NCBI GenBank assembly: GCA_963667015.2
Contig: CAXXJJ010000004.1
Location: 3,104,001 to 3,168,000, forward strand
Direction: 5' to 3'
Length of the DNA stretch: 64,000 bases
Source: Desulfatiglandales bacterium
Lineage (GTDB): Bacteria > Desulfobacterota > DSM-4660 > Desulfatiglandales > HGW-15
The notes beneath the pieces are model-generated. The model was not told where the DNA came from and searched no databases. It saw nothing but the letters and a program-made list of their open reading frames with translations. The translations under genes and the position numbers were made by a program. Positions within the stretch are counted from its first letter, which is position 1. Each line of letters opens with the position of its first letter. Below are positions 7,996 to 18,689 of the stretch, piece by piece.

Positions 7996-9972
7996 ATGAA
8001 GAAAGGGCCTCACATGGCACACCAGGATAAAAACCTTCCGGAAATCACCGTTAAAGCAGTAATACTCGGCATTCTTCTCTCGGTTATTCTTGCCGGAGCC
8101 AATGCATATCTGGGTCTGTTTGCAGGCATGACAGTTTCGGCATCAATACCTGCAGCAGTTCTTTCCATGGGTATACTGCGTCTGTTTAAAAGCTCAAATA
8201 TTCTTGAGAATAATATTGTCCAGACGGCTGCTTCAGCCGGTGAATCATTGGCAGCCGGAGTAATTTTTACCCTGCCGGCCCTTATTGTCATGCAATTCTG
8301 GACAACTTTCAATTACTGGGAGACCACTCTTATCGCAGGCCTCGGTGGAGTTATAGGTGTATTATTTACAGTGCCGTTGCGCCGCGCCCTTATCGTTGAA
8401 GAAAAGCTTCAGTTCCCCGAAGGGATTGCAACAGCGGAAGTTCTGCGCTCCGGAGATGCGGGTGGAAGCAGTGTCAAATATATTGCCCAGGCCGGGATTA
8501 TCGGAGCCCTTTTCAAGTTTGGAGAAACAGGCCTGCGAATATGGACTGGTTCTGTGGAAGCCGCCGCCCGTGTGGGAGGCTCCATTGCCTATTTTGGCTC
8601 AAATCTCTCACCGGCCCTGATTTCAGTAGGGTATATTGTCGGGATAAACATTTCAGTCCTTGTATTTATCGGCGGAGCCATGAACTGGCTGGTGGCCATA
8701 CCTGTCTATGCGGCATTTAATCCCTGGCCGGTTGTAAACGGTGATCCAATTGCAGCAGTGGACTGGGCCGGCCAGATCTGGTCGTCTCAGACAAGGTATC
8801 TGGGCGTTGGATCGATGGTTATTGGCGGATTATGGGCCTTGATTAATCTCAGATCTTCAATTATCAAAGGCATCAAATCCAGTATGAAGACCTACAAAAG
8901 CGGTGCGGCGTCCTCTATGAATGATATTGCCAGAACCGAAAGAGATACACCCATCAAGTGGATTGCTATTGCACTTCTTATCTCTATAATACCTATTTTC
9001 GGACTGTATGTTTACATCATCGGAAGTGCCGGACCTTCTATCCTTATGGCAGTAATAATGCTCATTGCAGGATTCCTTTTCTCGGCGGTAGCAGCCTATA
9101 TGGCCGGACTGGTAGGAAGTTCCAACAACCCGATTTCCGGGGTAACTATTGCAACGATTCTCTTTTCATCCCTTTTACTGCTGGCATTGTTAGGTACCGG
9201 CAGCGCCAAGGGCCCGGCGGCTGCGATCTTTATAGGAGCAGTAGTGGCATGTGCGGCAGCTATTGGCGGAGATAACCTGCAGGACCTTAAGGCAGGATAT
9301 CTCGTGGGCGCTACCCCCTGGAAACAGCAGGTCATGCAGGTAATAGGAGTGGTCACTGCAGCATTTGTGCTGGGTCCGGTACTTATTCTCATTGAAAATG
9401 CCTACGGGATTGGTATTCCAACCGAAGCACACCCTGATCCCCTTGCTGCCCCTCAGGCAACCCTGATGGCCTCGGTGGCTGACGGTGTGTTTAACTGGAA
9501 TCTTCCGTGGGGGATGATAATCATAGGAATGATCCTCGCCATTTGCGTTATTATCCTTGATAAAATCCAGGAAAAAAGAGGCTCCGGTTTCCGCCTGCCT
9601 GTTCTGGCAGTGGCAGTTGGTATTTACCTTCCCTTTGAATTATCAGTTCCTATCTTTGTTGGTGGAATCATTGCCTGGTTTGCCAAGCATGTTCTGAAAA
9701 AGCGGATTTCCGCCTCATCCCCCGGAGACAGGGAAAAACTTGAAGAGGCAGGCAAAGAGGGCGACAACCGCGGATTACTCTTTGCATCAGGCCTGATTAC
9801 CGGTGAAGCCCTTATCGGTATCCTGATGGCAATACCGATCGTGATATCAGGAAAGGCTGACGTGCTGGCCATTGTATCAAATCCCCTGGGCACCTGGCCG
9901 GGAATCATTTTGCTTATGCTGGTCGTGCTATGGCTCGGTAAAGTTGCCTTACCAGGGCAGAGTAAAGAATAA
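7996..9972 (+). CDS. OPT-family oligopeptide transporter
   Basis: ANAYLGLFAGMTVSASIPAAV, ENNIVQTAASAGE, FPEGIATAEVL, QDLKAGYLVGATP, APQATLM. Confidence 0.93.
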   Translation: MKKGPHMAHQDKNLPEITVKAVILGILLSVILAGANAYLGLFAGMTVSASIPAAVLSMGILRLFKSSNILENNIVQTAASAGESLAAGVIFTLPALIVMQFWTTFNYWETTLIAGLGGVIGVLFTVPLRRALIVEEKLQFPEGIATAEVLRSGDAGGSSVKYIAQAGIIGALFKFGETGLRIWTGSVEAAARVGGSIAYFGSNLSPALISVGYIVGINISVLVFIGGAMNWLVAIPVYAAFNPWPVVNGDPIAAVDWAGQIWSSQTRYLGVGSMVIGGLWALINLRSSIIKGIKSSMKTYKSGAASSMNDIARTERDTPIKWIAIALLISIIPIFGLYVYIIGSAGPSILMAVIMLIAGFLFSAVAAYMAGLVGSSNNPISGVTIATILFSSLLLLALLGTGSAKGPAAAIFIGAVVACAAAIGGDNLQDLKAGYLVGATPWKQQVMQVIGVVTAAFVLGPVLILIENAYGIGIPTEAHPDPLAAPQATLMASVADGVFNWNLPWGMIIIGMILAICVIILDKIQEKRGSGFRLPVLAVAVGIYLPFELSVPIFVGGIIAWFAKHVLKKRISASSPGDREKLEEAGKEGDNRGLLFASGLITGEALIGILMAIPIVISGKADVLAIVSNPLGTWPGIILLMLVVLWLGKVALPGQSKE

Positions 9973-9992
9973 AACTGACTCTAGAGCCAGTT

Positions 9993-12900
9993 TTATTCTA
10001 TTGTCCAGATACAATCCCCGGTAACCTTTATCCAGTAGCCTTTACCAGGTTCGATAATTTCCAGATCGCTGAAAGACGGATGATCAGGATCGAATATCGT
10101 CCAGATACCATCATCATAGGTCCATACGCTCACCAGATTAGACAATACTGAAGCAACACCATCCGCTGCATTCATGGTCACATCGGAATTAAACCCGACA
10201 AGGTTCCAGCCGGTTGACAGCTCTACAGGACCGGAGTACGGGGCTCCTGAAAATATAACCTCTGCAGCGTCATTCATATGAAGCCAGTAGCCTGCTCCCG
10301 GCACCATGTTCATAAGATCACTGGCAGCAGGCTGCACCGGATCATATACCTTCCATATCCCGTCATCATAGGCCCATAAACTTATCAGGGAGGATGATAT
10401 CGACTCAACCACATTCTCGACAGCGCTGTTTTCCGGCTGCCTGTTCAGGGAAACAAGTTTCCAGTATGTATTATCAACGGATGTTCCGTCATCCGGTATC
10501 AGTCGAATATCATCCAGGGTGAACATGGACAATGCATTACCGCTGTTATTAACAAAATTCAAACGTTTGATACTGGCCGGATTACCTAGTTGCTCCATGG
10601 ACACAGTGATCTGAGTCCATGTGTCTGCCAGTGCAGTTACTGCCACTCTATTGCTGCTTTGACTGCTTTCATTCTCCGTAAAAAAATCAATGTTCTTATC
10701 ATTGCTCCCACCGTGTATCCAGAAACTTATTTTTTTATAACCATAGGTATCGATAAAACCGGAACCTCCGGAAAAGGCCGGTGAAAAACCTCCCCAGGCA
10801 TTGAGTGTAACATTCACGCTTCTGTCCCCTTCATGAACAGGGGATGTGCCTGAAAAATCAAATGATCCGCTCCAGCTCCAGTTCTGCCAGTTTTCACCCA
10901 GTGCATCACCATAGATTACCACTTCCTGGGATGTGTTTGACCGAAACAGGGCGGAAACAGCTCTGTCAGCCCCCATGGAAACCTCGCAGTCCCCTGTTCC
11001 GGAGCAGGAGCCGCTCCACCCAATAAAGGTCGAGTCCGATTCTGCAACAGCAGTAAGGGTAATTCCTGTGCCGCTAAGGTACTGTTCATTGCAGTCATCG
11101 CCGCAGCTGATACCGGAAGGTATTGATGTTACAGTGCCGTCACCGCTGCCTTCCTTGACTACATTGAGTTCGTGTGTGAGGCCCTCGGGTTCAAACCTGG
11201 CTGTAACTGCACGATTTATATTCATACTTATATTACAGACAGGATCGGATCCGAAACATGCCCCATCCCAGTTTTTAAATACCGATCCGTTGTCAGCCGC
11301 AGCAGTAAGGGTAACTGCCGTTCCGCTTGAAAAAGATTCACTGCAGTCAGCCCCGCAGTCGATTCCCGATGGAGATGACGTTACAGTTCCGCTGCCGCCT
11401 GCAATCCCTTCAACCGAAACCGAAAGGATCGGATTTGCCGGATCGGGAGTATCCGAGAGACTGTAAAGATACCCGTATAATGCGACCTTTCCCTTCATGG
11501 TCTGACGGGGGGTATATTCCGTATGTGAAAAAACCCAGCGGGAGGGGAAATAGGTTTCGCCTACCGGCCAGGTGCTTACTACATTTCCCGGATAGCTGTT
11601 TTCATATAGTTTGGACGGCATTGCCATCGTCATTCCCTGCCACCAGTCAGTGAGATTCATATATGGAGTATGGCCGGGATGCACACCGGGAACACCGTCA
11701 TATCTCCCGGATGTACAGGCTTCGGGTACGCTGCGTTTTGTCTCCAGTGATGTTGTGGCAGTGGTCATTTCAATCATATTCAGCGGGTTTCTGCCAAGGC
11801 CCCAACTGGCTTCCAGGTTAAGGGCCTTCAGGAAGTAATTTATATCATCCTGGCTGTCTGCAACAGTATGGGCCACTATGGATCGGCCCACAAAATGCGC
11901 CGTGCGCCAGTATGAAGGAGGATTGTATGTTGTTCGCCTGGAGGGTCTGGTATTCATCAGATCGGCCTCCCTGCTTTTGGCCTCGCTGATAATCTGAGCC
12001 TTCATATTACTATAAAGGGTTGTGTAGTGAACCGCCTGCGGTGTAATCAGGTATGCGGCTGTGGCATATAACTGATTAATCCCGTCACTGCCGCTGTTAA
12101 AATACTGGATAGCTGATGGGCTGCCTGCGCACACACTTTCGCTGTTAATAACATCTTCATATCCGGTTGTACCGGTCACATTGTATAGAAAGGCCGCGGC
12201 CATCATTTTCAGATCACGCCCTCTGAGATGACCTTCATCAAAATACAGCATATCATCAAGCATCTGATCAGAAAGTCCTGAAGCATGGTTGTATGCCTCA
12301 ATTGCAGCATCCCTGTAATAATTCATAAGGGATGTCAGCCCTGCTATCCGGAATGAATCGGCAAGCATAGCAGCGTTAGCAGCACTGGCCCAGGCAGCCA
12401 GGGCGGTTGGCGCCGCCTGAAAGAGCTCGTTGCTGCTGTTCGGGTTGGTCAGACCATGAGAATATCCATCGCCATCACGCAGGCGCAGCCAGAAATCAAC
12501 CTCGTTCCGGGCTTCATCAATTATATCCGGAATGCCGTTTCCACTTTCTGTAATTCCCAGGTCATCATCATCTATGGCGCCATTGCTCATTAAGTATGGC
12601 AGCAGCATATCATAAATATTAATTACATGCCCAAGGTGCCTGTCCCAGTCAGCGGCATCCGAATGTCCGCCCCAGGCATCCGGATTTAAAGGACTTCCAC
12701 TCTTTTTGTAGGGTATCCATGCGTCGGGCCTGTCCCATTTATCTCCATCGGCAAAGGTCTCCCAGTCAGAGTGGAACGGATGCATGGTTGTAAGGTAAAC
12801 CTTTGTTGTGGAAGGACTTACCCCTGGAATATACAGTGGTGTTCGCGGTGGCGGTGAAATATTTTTCGGATTGCTTTCACCTATGCGCATATAAAAATAG

Positions 12901-13778
12901 CCAAGAAGAGAGACCTGAAAAGGGTCATGATATGCGCCTTCTACAATCCTGAAATCCTGACTGCACCCCACACCATCGACAACAAGCCGGTAAATACCCG
13001 GCGTGAAGGCACTTGAAAAATCTATCTTCCAGACATCTGATCCTGTCAGGTTATAACCATGCACGTCACTCCCTTCCTGCTTCCAGAACTCTACTATACC
13101 TGCCTGGATATATGTACCCGCCTCAACATTATACAGGTACACTGCATTACCCTCAAATGCAGAATAGTTTCGGGAGCCGCCGCTTCCCATCCAGTGGTAA
13201 AGATCCGCTCCCTTGTGGGTTGCACCGGGAGTATATCCTGTCAGATTGATATGAACAGCCTCTGACACGCTATGAAAAGGATTAAATGTAAATTCGACAA
13301 TTTGAGTGTCACTGTTAACATCAGTTCCTATAGCCAGCTGATAGGTATTATCCTGCTGCAGGGAATCGGGCAGCTCGAGATAAATCCAGTGCTCATAGGT
13401 ATATTCATATCTGTAGTCGTTGTTAACCCACTCCATCTCACCGTGCCCGCTTAATTTTTTCTTTCGAAAACAGCTGACAGGGTTCCTGCCGGATGCCCCA
13501 TAGTTTGAATCATCAACAGAAGTAATGGTCCAGCTGGAGTTTTGTACAGTAGCGGTTGTATTCAATTCAGGTGTATAGCGTAATACCTGCTCAGTTTTGT
13601 TGATTTCATCCAGATGGATAATATCTCCATCCGAGATATTCACGATAAGATAATCACGGTCAAGTACACTCACATTAATGAGTTTTGCTGCCTGAGATTC
13701 AGAAACTGTAATGCCGGACAATGCCATTAAAGCCATCAGAAAAATTTTTATCAGACTATTGAATTTTATAGACCTCAT
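9993..13778 (-). CDS. Secreted multidomain glycoside hydrolase family 9-like protein
   Basis: Signal peptide; Ig-like N-domain; WGGHSDAADWD, ESGNGIPDIIDEA, LGRNP, HTEYT; two InlB-B-like repeats (GTVTS.P.GI.CG.DC...W.GAC); CBM-like region; C-terminal GWNL/PGxGYW repeats. Confidence 0.75.
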   Translation of the reverse strand: MRSIKFNSLIKIFLMALMALSGITVSESQAAKLINVSVLDRDYLIVNISDGDIIHLDEINKTEQVLRYTPELNTTATVQNSSWTITSVDDSNYGASGRNPVSCFRKKKLSGHGEMEWVNNDYRYEYTYEHWIYLELPDSLQQDNTYQLAIGTDVNSDTQIVEFTFNPFHSVSEAVHINLTGYTPGATHKGADLYHWMGSGGSRNYSAFEGNAVYLYNVEAGTYIQAGIVEFWKQEGSDVHGYNLTGSDVWKIDFSSAFTPGIYRLVVDGVGCSQDFRIVEGAYHDPFQVSLLGYFYMRIGESNPKNISPPPRTPLYIPGVSPSTTKVYLTTMHPFHSDWETFADGDKWDRPDAWIPYKKSGSPLNPDAWGGHSDAADWDRHLGHVINIYDMLLPYLMSNGAIDDDDLGITESGNGIPDIIDEARNEVDFWLRLRDGDGYSHGLTNPNSSNELFQAAPTALAAWASAANAAMLADSFRIAGLTSLMNYYRDAAIEAYNHASGLSDQMLDDMLYFDEGHLRGRDLKMMAAAFLYNVTGTTGYEDVINSESVCAGSPSAIQYFNSGSDGINQLYATAAYLITPQAVHYTTLYSNMKAQIISEAKSREADLMNTRPSRRTTYNPPSYWRTAHFVGRSIVAHTVADSQDDINYFLKALNLEASWGLGRNPLNMIEMTTATTSLETKRSVPEACTSGRYDGVPGVHPGHTPYMNLTDWWQGMTMAMPSKLYENSYPGNVVSTWPVGETYFPSRWVFSHTEYTPRQTMKGKVALYGYLYSLSDTPDPANPILSVSVEGIAGGSGTVTSSPSGIDCGADCSESFSSGTAVTLTAAADNGSVFKNWDGACFGSDPVCNISMNINRAVTARFEPEGLTHELNVVKEGSGDGTVTSIPSGISCGDDCNEQYLSGTGITLTAVAESDSTFIGWSGSCSGTGDCEVSMGADRAVSALFRSNTSQEVVIYGDALGENWQNWSWSGSFDFSGTSPVHEGDRSVNVTLNAWGGFSPAFSGGSGFIDTYGYKKISFWIHGGSNDKNIDFFTENESSQSSNRVAVTALADTWTQITVSMEQLGNPASIKRLNFVNNSGNALSMFTLDDIRLIPDDGTSVDNTYWKLVSLNRQPENSAVENVVESISSSLISLWAYDDGIWKVYDPVQPAASDLMNMVPGAGYWLHMNDAAEVIFSGAPYSGPVELSTGWNLVGFNSDVTMNAADGVASVLSNLVSVWTYDDGIWTIFDPDHPSFSDLEIIEPGKGYWIKVTGDCIWTIE

Positions 13779-13876
13779 AAATTCTCCTTTGGAAAACTTC
13801 TTTATATTTTTATAGCTGTCTTTTAATCGTGTGAACGAAGAATGTTTATGGAAAATGATTTTTTATAGATATACTC

Positions 13877-13892
13877 AGCAATAAAAATGCCA
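13877..13892 (-). promoter_or_regulatory. sigma54 (-24/-12) promoter of the GH9-like gene
   Basis: Minus strand TGGCATTTTTATTGCT, about 100 bp upstream of the start. Confidence 0.65.
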
Positions 13893-14189
13893 TTTGTGCA
13901 GGGATTCGACTTATTTCGAAATACCGCTTAAATAACAGTGAGTTGAAACATCAGGCTGCATTTATCAATAATAATACATAAAAAAATATGTCTTAAAAAC
14001 CATACATTTAGATTAATTATTACGAAAAAGATCAGGACGTGTTTTTTATCTTTACCTTGCTTTAAGACTGAAAGAAACCTGCAGAGACAGGAAATAAGGA
14101 AGTTCATCAGGGATATGGATAATGGACATAACAGTCCGGCAGAAACGGATAAGTGACAAACCGGAAACAAGGGACAAGAAACTGTTTTT

Positions 14190-14435
14190 TCAGTTTCCCT
14201 TGAGCGTCTGAAAGACACTCACCTCATCACCTTCAGCAAGAACCTTATCTCTGTTTACAAATTTGTTATTGACTAAAAATTTTGTCTTCTGGCTGTTAAA
14301 ATGAAGGTTCTTGTGTTTCTGATCAAGAATCCGGGTAAGTTGATCGATTGTAGTTCCTTCTTCTACATCCACAAGATCATGATCCAGCCTTGCCAGCATC
14401 CTGATCAAACTTGAAAATTTTACTGTGATCTCCAT
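14190..14435 (-). CDS. MoaD/ThiS-like ubiquitin-fold protein lacking the C-terminal GG
   Basis: ITVKF...EGTTI..L...FLVN.....D..L.EGDEV; ends TLKGN. Confidence 0.75.
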   Translation of the reverse strand: MEITVKFSSLIRMLARLDHDLVDVEEGTTIDQLTRILDQKHKNLHFNSQKTKFLVNNKFVNRDKVLAEGDEVSVFQTLKGN

Positions 14436-14964
14436 AGATACCTGCCTTTAATGATACCCTGAAATCTGTCAGATATCAGGGAAGCCCTCAAATAAATAAT
14501 TATATTGTCATCGTTACTATTTGATTATTAAAAACAAATTCTACTCTATCTAATTTATTATATCGGTTCCCACGGAGGAGAACATGAATAATATCGTTTT
14601 CAATACTTACAGGGAGAGATCAGGTATCAGTGAACAGTCAGCCGGAATTAACAGGAAATAATCGATCAGCACATGATAAAAACCAATCAGGCAAAAGCCG
14701 GAAGCGTTTATATCTCGATGAGGCGAACGCGTGAAAGCAACTCAGCCTAACTGTTTAATTATACTTAAAATGATTCAAAATTCAATATTCAAAATTAATG
14801 ACAGGTAAACAGGATTTACGATTCATCGTGGAATGGAATCTTAACCCCTGAGGGTAAACTTAAAATCAGGGCAGAGAGTTTTTATTGACACGTGGAATTA
14901 TGATTTGTATATATTTTGTTTCAACAATCAATTCCAAAACCATATAAAAATAAAGGGACACACA

Positions 14965-15471
14965 ATGGATAAACACTTCATCCGGAATCTGATAAGCGGA
15001 ATTTTTCTACTCTTTATAATCTCCTGCAGTGTTTCAGAAATGAGTGAAACCGCTGCTCCTGAGGCACCTTCAGCCCCTAAACCGGGAGACTGCGCTTCCT
15101 GTCATGAAGGGAAAAAGGTCATACCCGAAAAGCATCCTGATACAAAGGCTATGACCGGCAAGCAGTGTAGTATGTGCCATAAAACGGGCGCAATGAATCT
15201 CACCAATAAGATCCCTCTGAGCCATATGCATAAACTGGCGGGCATATCATGCGAAGAATGCCATGAAGACCCTGCTTCTGCTAAACCTGCTGGCGAAGCA
15301 GTGTGTAAAAAGTGTCATAATGATATGAAGGCGTTATACAATGCGACCAGTGAAGTAGAGCTGAATCCCCATTTTTCACCCCACGAGGGAAAGATCTCCG
15401 ATTGTAACCGCTGCCATCATCAGCATAAAAATTCGGAAAATTATTGCAGGCAATGCCATAAAAAGGAATAG
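14965..15471 (+). CDS. Hexaheme c-type cytochrome lipoprotein (cytochrome c3-like)
   Basis: Six CxxCH motifs (CASCH, CSMCH, CEECH, CKKCH, CNRCH, CRQCH); lipobox-like IISC. Confidence 0.88.
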   Translation: MDKHFIRNLISGIFLLFIISCSVSEMSETAAPEAPSAPKPGDCASCHEGKKVIPEKHPDTKAMTGKQCSMCHKTGAMNLTNKIPLSHMHKLAGISCEECHEDPASAKPAGEAVCKKCHNDMKALYNATSEVELNPHFSPHEGKISDCNRCHHQHKNSENYCRQCHKKE

Positions 15472-15550
15472 ACAGGCATCTGATATATTTAAATTAGAAA
15501 AATACACTCGCCCATAGAACTGATTGGAAAGTTAACCTTTTCCTTTCCTT

Positions 15551-15584
15551 TAGCCACAGACTGAACCGCTTCAGCCTGTGGCTA
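15551..15584. terminator. Hairpin between convergent genes
   Basis: TAGCCACAGACTGAA-ccgc-TTCAGCCTGTGGCTA. Confidence 0.65.
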
Positions 15585-15619
15585 TTTCATTTTATCAGAG
15601 ACCTGTAATTAAAGAATCG

Positions 15620-16648
15620 TTAGTATTCTTTGAGATGATCTGCCAGCAGGCCTATCGAAAGGGCATATTTAAAGGCCGGATTAAACCGCATTATCGAACA
15701 AAAATCACTGTAAACGATATATCCTTTATTATCGCCCGGATCTCCTGATATAAGGGTTGCGGGTATTGATCGTGCAGGAAGATCTGAACCATTCAGCCTT
15801 CTTATACCCAGTGCCTGCCACTCCTGCAAATCTCTCCATACCTTGAGATCCCCATATCTTTCACACTGCTCAACAGGAGCAAGGTCATTGGATTTTTTGG
15901 CAAACAGGTCCTCTTCAGGTATATCCGGCAATATTACCGGGCGTCCCCATGTCTGATGATCCTTCCATCCAAAGGAAGATAAATAGTTGGCAATGGAGGC
16001 AAACACATCTGCTTCGGTTTCCCATATATCACATTTTCCGTCCTTATCGTAATCCACGGCATATTTAAGATAATTCTCCGGCATAAACTGACACTGCCCC
16101 ATCGCGCCTGCCCATGAACTCTTCATTTTTTCATATGGCGCAAGACCTTTATCCAGGATTGTCAGGGCATCAAAAAATTGCGCTCGAAAAAAATCCGCCC
16201 TTCGTTTATCATACGCAAGTGTTGCCAGGGCACTGAAAATAGACTCCTTTAAGGGAATAGTGCCGTAATTGGTTTCCATACCCCATATTGCAACAATAAA
16301 TCTTGGCTGCACACCATATTCAAGGGCTATTTTTTTTAACAGTTCTTCATGTTTTTTTATCTGTTTTTTTCCGTTTACTATTCTCCATGTGGTAACCCGC
16401 CTGTTCACATACATCGCATATGATTCTATAACTTCCGCCTGATTGCGATCCTTGTTAACAATACTTTTCACCGGTTCCCTGATTTCAGAAAAGGCTGCAT
16501 TAATGGTTTCTCTGCTGAAACCCCTGTTGAGGGCTTCCTCCTTTAGTTCATTAAGCCATTTATTGAATGGTTCTTCTTCCTGTGAGTATAAGGAGGATTG
16601 AAAGGCAAGTATACTAAAGATAATAATTCCAACCAGATTCTTTTTCAT
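15620..16648 (-). CDS. Lytic murein transglycosylase (MltB / SLT_2 type)
   Basis: AIWGMETNYG, SSWAGAMGQCQFMP, DVFASIANYL. Confidence 0.9.
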   Translation of the reverse strand: MKKNLVGIIIFSILAFQSSLYSQEEEPFNKWLNELKEEALNRGFSRETINAAFSEIREPVKSIVNKDRNQAEVIESYAMYVNRRVTTWRIVNGKKQIKKHEELLKKIALEYGVQPRFIVAIWGMETNYGTIPLKESIFSALATLAYDKRRADFFRAQFFDALTILDKGLAPYEKMKSSWAGAMGQCQFMPENYLKYAVDYDKDGKCDIWETEADVFASIANYLSSFGWKDHQTWGRPVILPDIPEEDLFAKKSNDLAPVEQCERYGDLKVWRDLQEWQALGIRRLNGSDLPARSIPATLISGDPGDNKGYIVYSDFCSIMRFNPAFKYALSIGLLADHLKEY

Positions 16649-17186
16649 ATTTATCCTGACAGGCATGTTGAGTTGATGTTTAAACATTCTGAGTTTACTG
16701 CTTTTTACAGTCGATTATTTGAATTACCGGCCATATATTCGGTGTTTTTCGATATTGTATCCGAATCATTTACCGTTTGCAATACAGGTTAAAGTCAGAT
16801 AGATAGACAATAATTAAAGAGGATTTGCAACCCTGAGAAAAAGAGCTGAACCTGCAACAAGTACTACAATACCAATAAAAGAGCTTAGTATAATTACCTT
16901 TATAAATGGCTCGCGAACTTCAGCCAGGTCTATCTTTGCAACAATTCCAGGCCCCATCTCCTTCACAGGTTCACATTCGTAAGTATACATATCCCGGATT
17001 CAACATACAAGCCTCAAGATTCAAGATCGGAGATTTGAGCAGATGTTCCCGACTTAATTTTAGGTAATTTATGGTGAACTTCTGTAACAAAATTATTGCA
17101 GTTGCAAAAAGTCATGTGTAGACTTTACCGGCTATTGAGTTTTATTTTTTCTTTAAATCCATAAACATCTGTAAGCGGAGTATTTC

Positions 17187-18689
17187 ATGCAGCAAAAAAT
17201 AGAAGAACTAAAAGATATACTTGCGGAAATATCTGATCTCAGCGGAGCAATTGCATTACTTGAGTGGGACCAGCAGACCTATATGCCAGATGGCGGAGCT
17301 GAAGCCAGGGCCAGGCAACTGGGGACACTTGGAAAACTGGCTCATGAAAAGTCAGTATCCATGGAACTCGGAAAGCTGCTTGATGGATTAAGAGATAAAA
17401 CGGACTCAATGGACCCTGACTCTGACAATGCCCGGCTGATCAAATTTGCCATAAGGGACTATGATCGTGAAACACGGGTTACCCCTGAGTTTGTCGTTGA
17501 AAGGGCCCAGGTGACATCAATGGCCCATCAAGCATGGGCGGAAGCCCGTACAAAATCGGATTTTTCTATTTTTTTGCCGCTTCTTGAAAAGATAGTCGAA
17601 CTTACACATCGCTATATCGATTTTTTTCCACCTGCAGATCACCCATATGACGTGCTCCTGGATATCTACGAACCTGAAATGAAGACATCAGATGTAAAAA
17701 AGATCTTTGATGAGTTGCGGCCCCGGCAGGTAAACCTGATAAAGGCTGTCTCGCAAAAAATACAGGTGGATAACTCTTTTTTATATCAACCCTTTGATGA
17801 AAAAAAGCAATGGGATTTCGGAATAGAAGTTATTAAAAGAATGGGTTATGAAATGGAGCGGGGACGCCAGGACAAGTCACATCACCCTTTTACAACGGAA
17901 TTCAGCATTAATGATGTACGTATAACAACAAGGGTTGCCCCTGATAATTTCAACTACATGATTTTCAGTACTATTCATGAAGCAGGACACGCCCTGTATG
18001 CCCAGGGACACTCTCCTGACCTTGAACGCACCAACCTTGCAGATGGGGCATCTCTTGCTCTTCATGAGTCCCAGTCCCGGATGTGGGAAAACCTTGTGGC
18101 AAGATCACTTCCCTTCTGGGAATATTATTATCCCAGGCTTCAGGAATATTTCCCCCAGCTGAACCCGGTGGACCTTGATACATTTTATAAAGGCATCAAC
18201 AGGGTTGGGCCCTCTCTGATAAGGACCGAGGCTGATGAGGCCACATATAATCTGCATGTTATGCTCAGGCTTGAACTTGAAATCGGAATCATCGAGGAAA
18301 AAATAAAGGTCAGGGATCTGCCGGAAATCTGGAATGCCAAAATGAAGGAATATCTTGGCATTGAACCGGAGAACGATGCCCAGGGGGTACTGCAGGATGT
18401 TCACTGGTCCATGGGGGCATTTGGATATTTTTCAACATATGCCCTTGGCAATCTTGTCTCTGTTCAATTATGGGATAAGATAATCGAGGATATTCCCGAT
18501 CTGACCGATCAGATCCGCACAGGTAATTTTGAGGAACTCCTTGGCTGGCTGCGTGTTAACATTCATACCCATGGCCGCAAATTCATGCCGCAGGAACTTG
18601 TTAAAAAAATAACAGGTTCAGAAATCAATCCGGAACCTTATCTAAGATACCTGGAGGAAAAATTCGGAAGGATATATGGATTGTATTAA
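17187..18689 (+). CDS. Carboxypeptidase Taq (M32 metallopeptidase)
   Basis: HPF, DVRITTR, HEAGH, HESQS, IRTEADE, GVLQDVHW. Confidence 0.95.
   Translation: MQQKIEELKDILAEISDLSGAIALLEWDQQTYMPDGGAEARARQLGTLGKLAHEKSVSMELGKLLDGLRDKTDSMDPDSDNARLIKFAIRDYDRETRVTPEFVVERAQVTSMAHQAWAEARTKSDFSIFLPLLEKIVELTHRYIDFFPPADHPYDVLLDIYEPEMKTSDVKKIFDELRPRQVNLIKAVSQKIQVDNSFLYQPFDEKKQWDFGIEVIKRMGYEMERGRQDKSHHPFTTEFSINDVRITTRVAPDNFNYMIFSTIHEAGHALYAQGHSPDLERTNLADGASLALHESQSRMWENLVARSLPFWEYYYPRLQEYFPQLNPVDLDTFYKGINRVGPSLIRTEADEATYNLHVMLRLELEIGIIEEKIKVRDLPEIWNAKMKEYLGIEPENDAQGVLQDVHWSMGAFGYFSTYALGNLVSVQLWDKIIEDIPDLTDQIRTGNFEELLGWLRVNIHTHGRKFMPQELVKKITGSEINPEPYLRYLEEKFGRIYGLY

Noticed and set aside
14190..14192. Selenocysteine read-through of the MoaD-like TGA
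   Set aside because: No SECIS-like hairpin seen and the downstream frame is not protein-like
14685..14755. GGCAAAAGCC...GCCTAA, resembling a c-di-GMP-I riboswitch
   Set aside because: Could not build the P2/P3 stems or the GNRA/receptor pair; an Rfam scan would settle it
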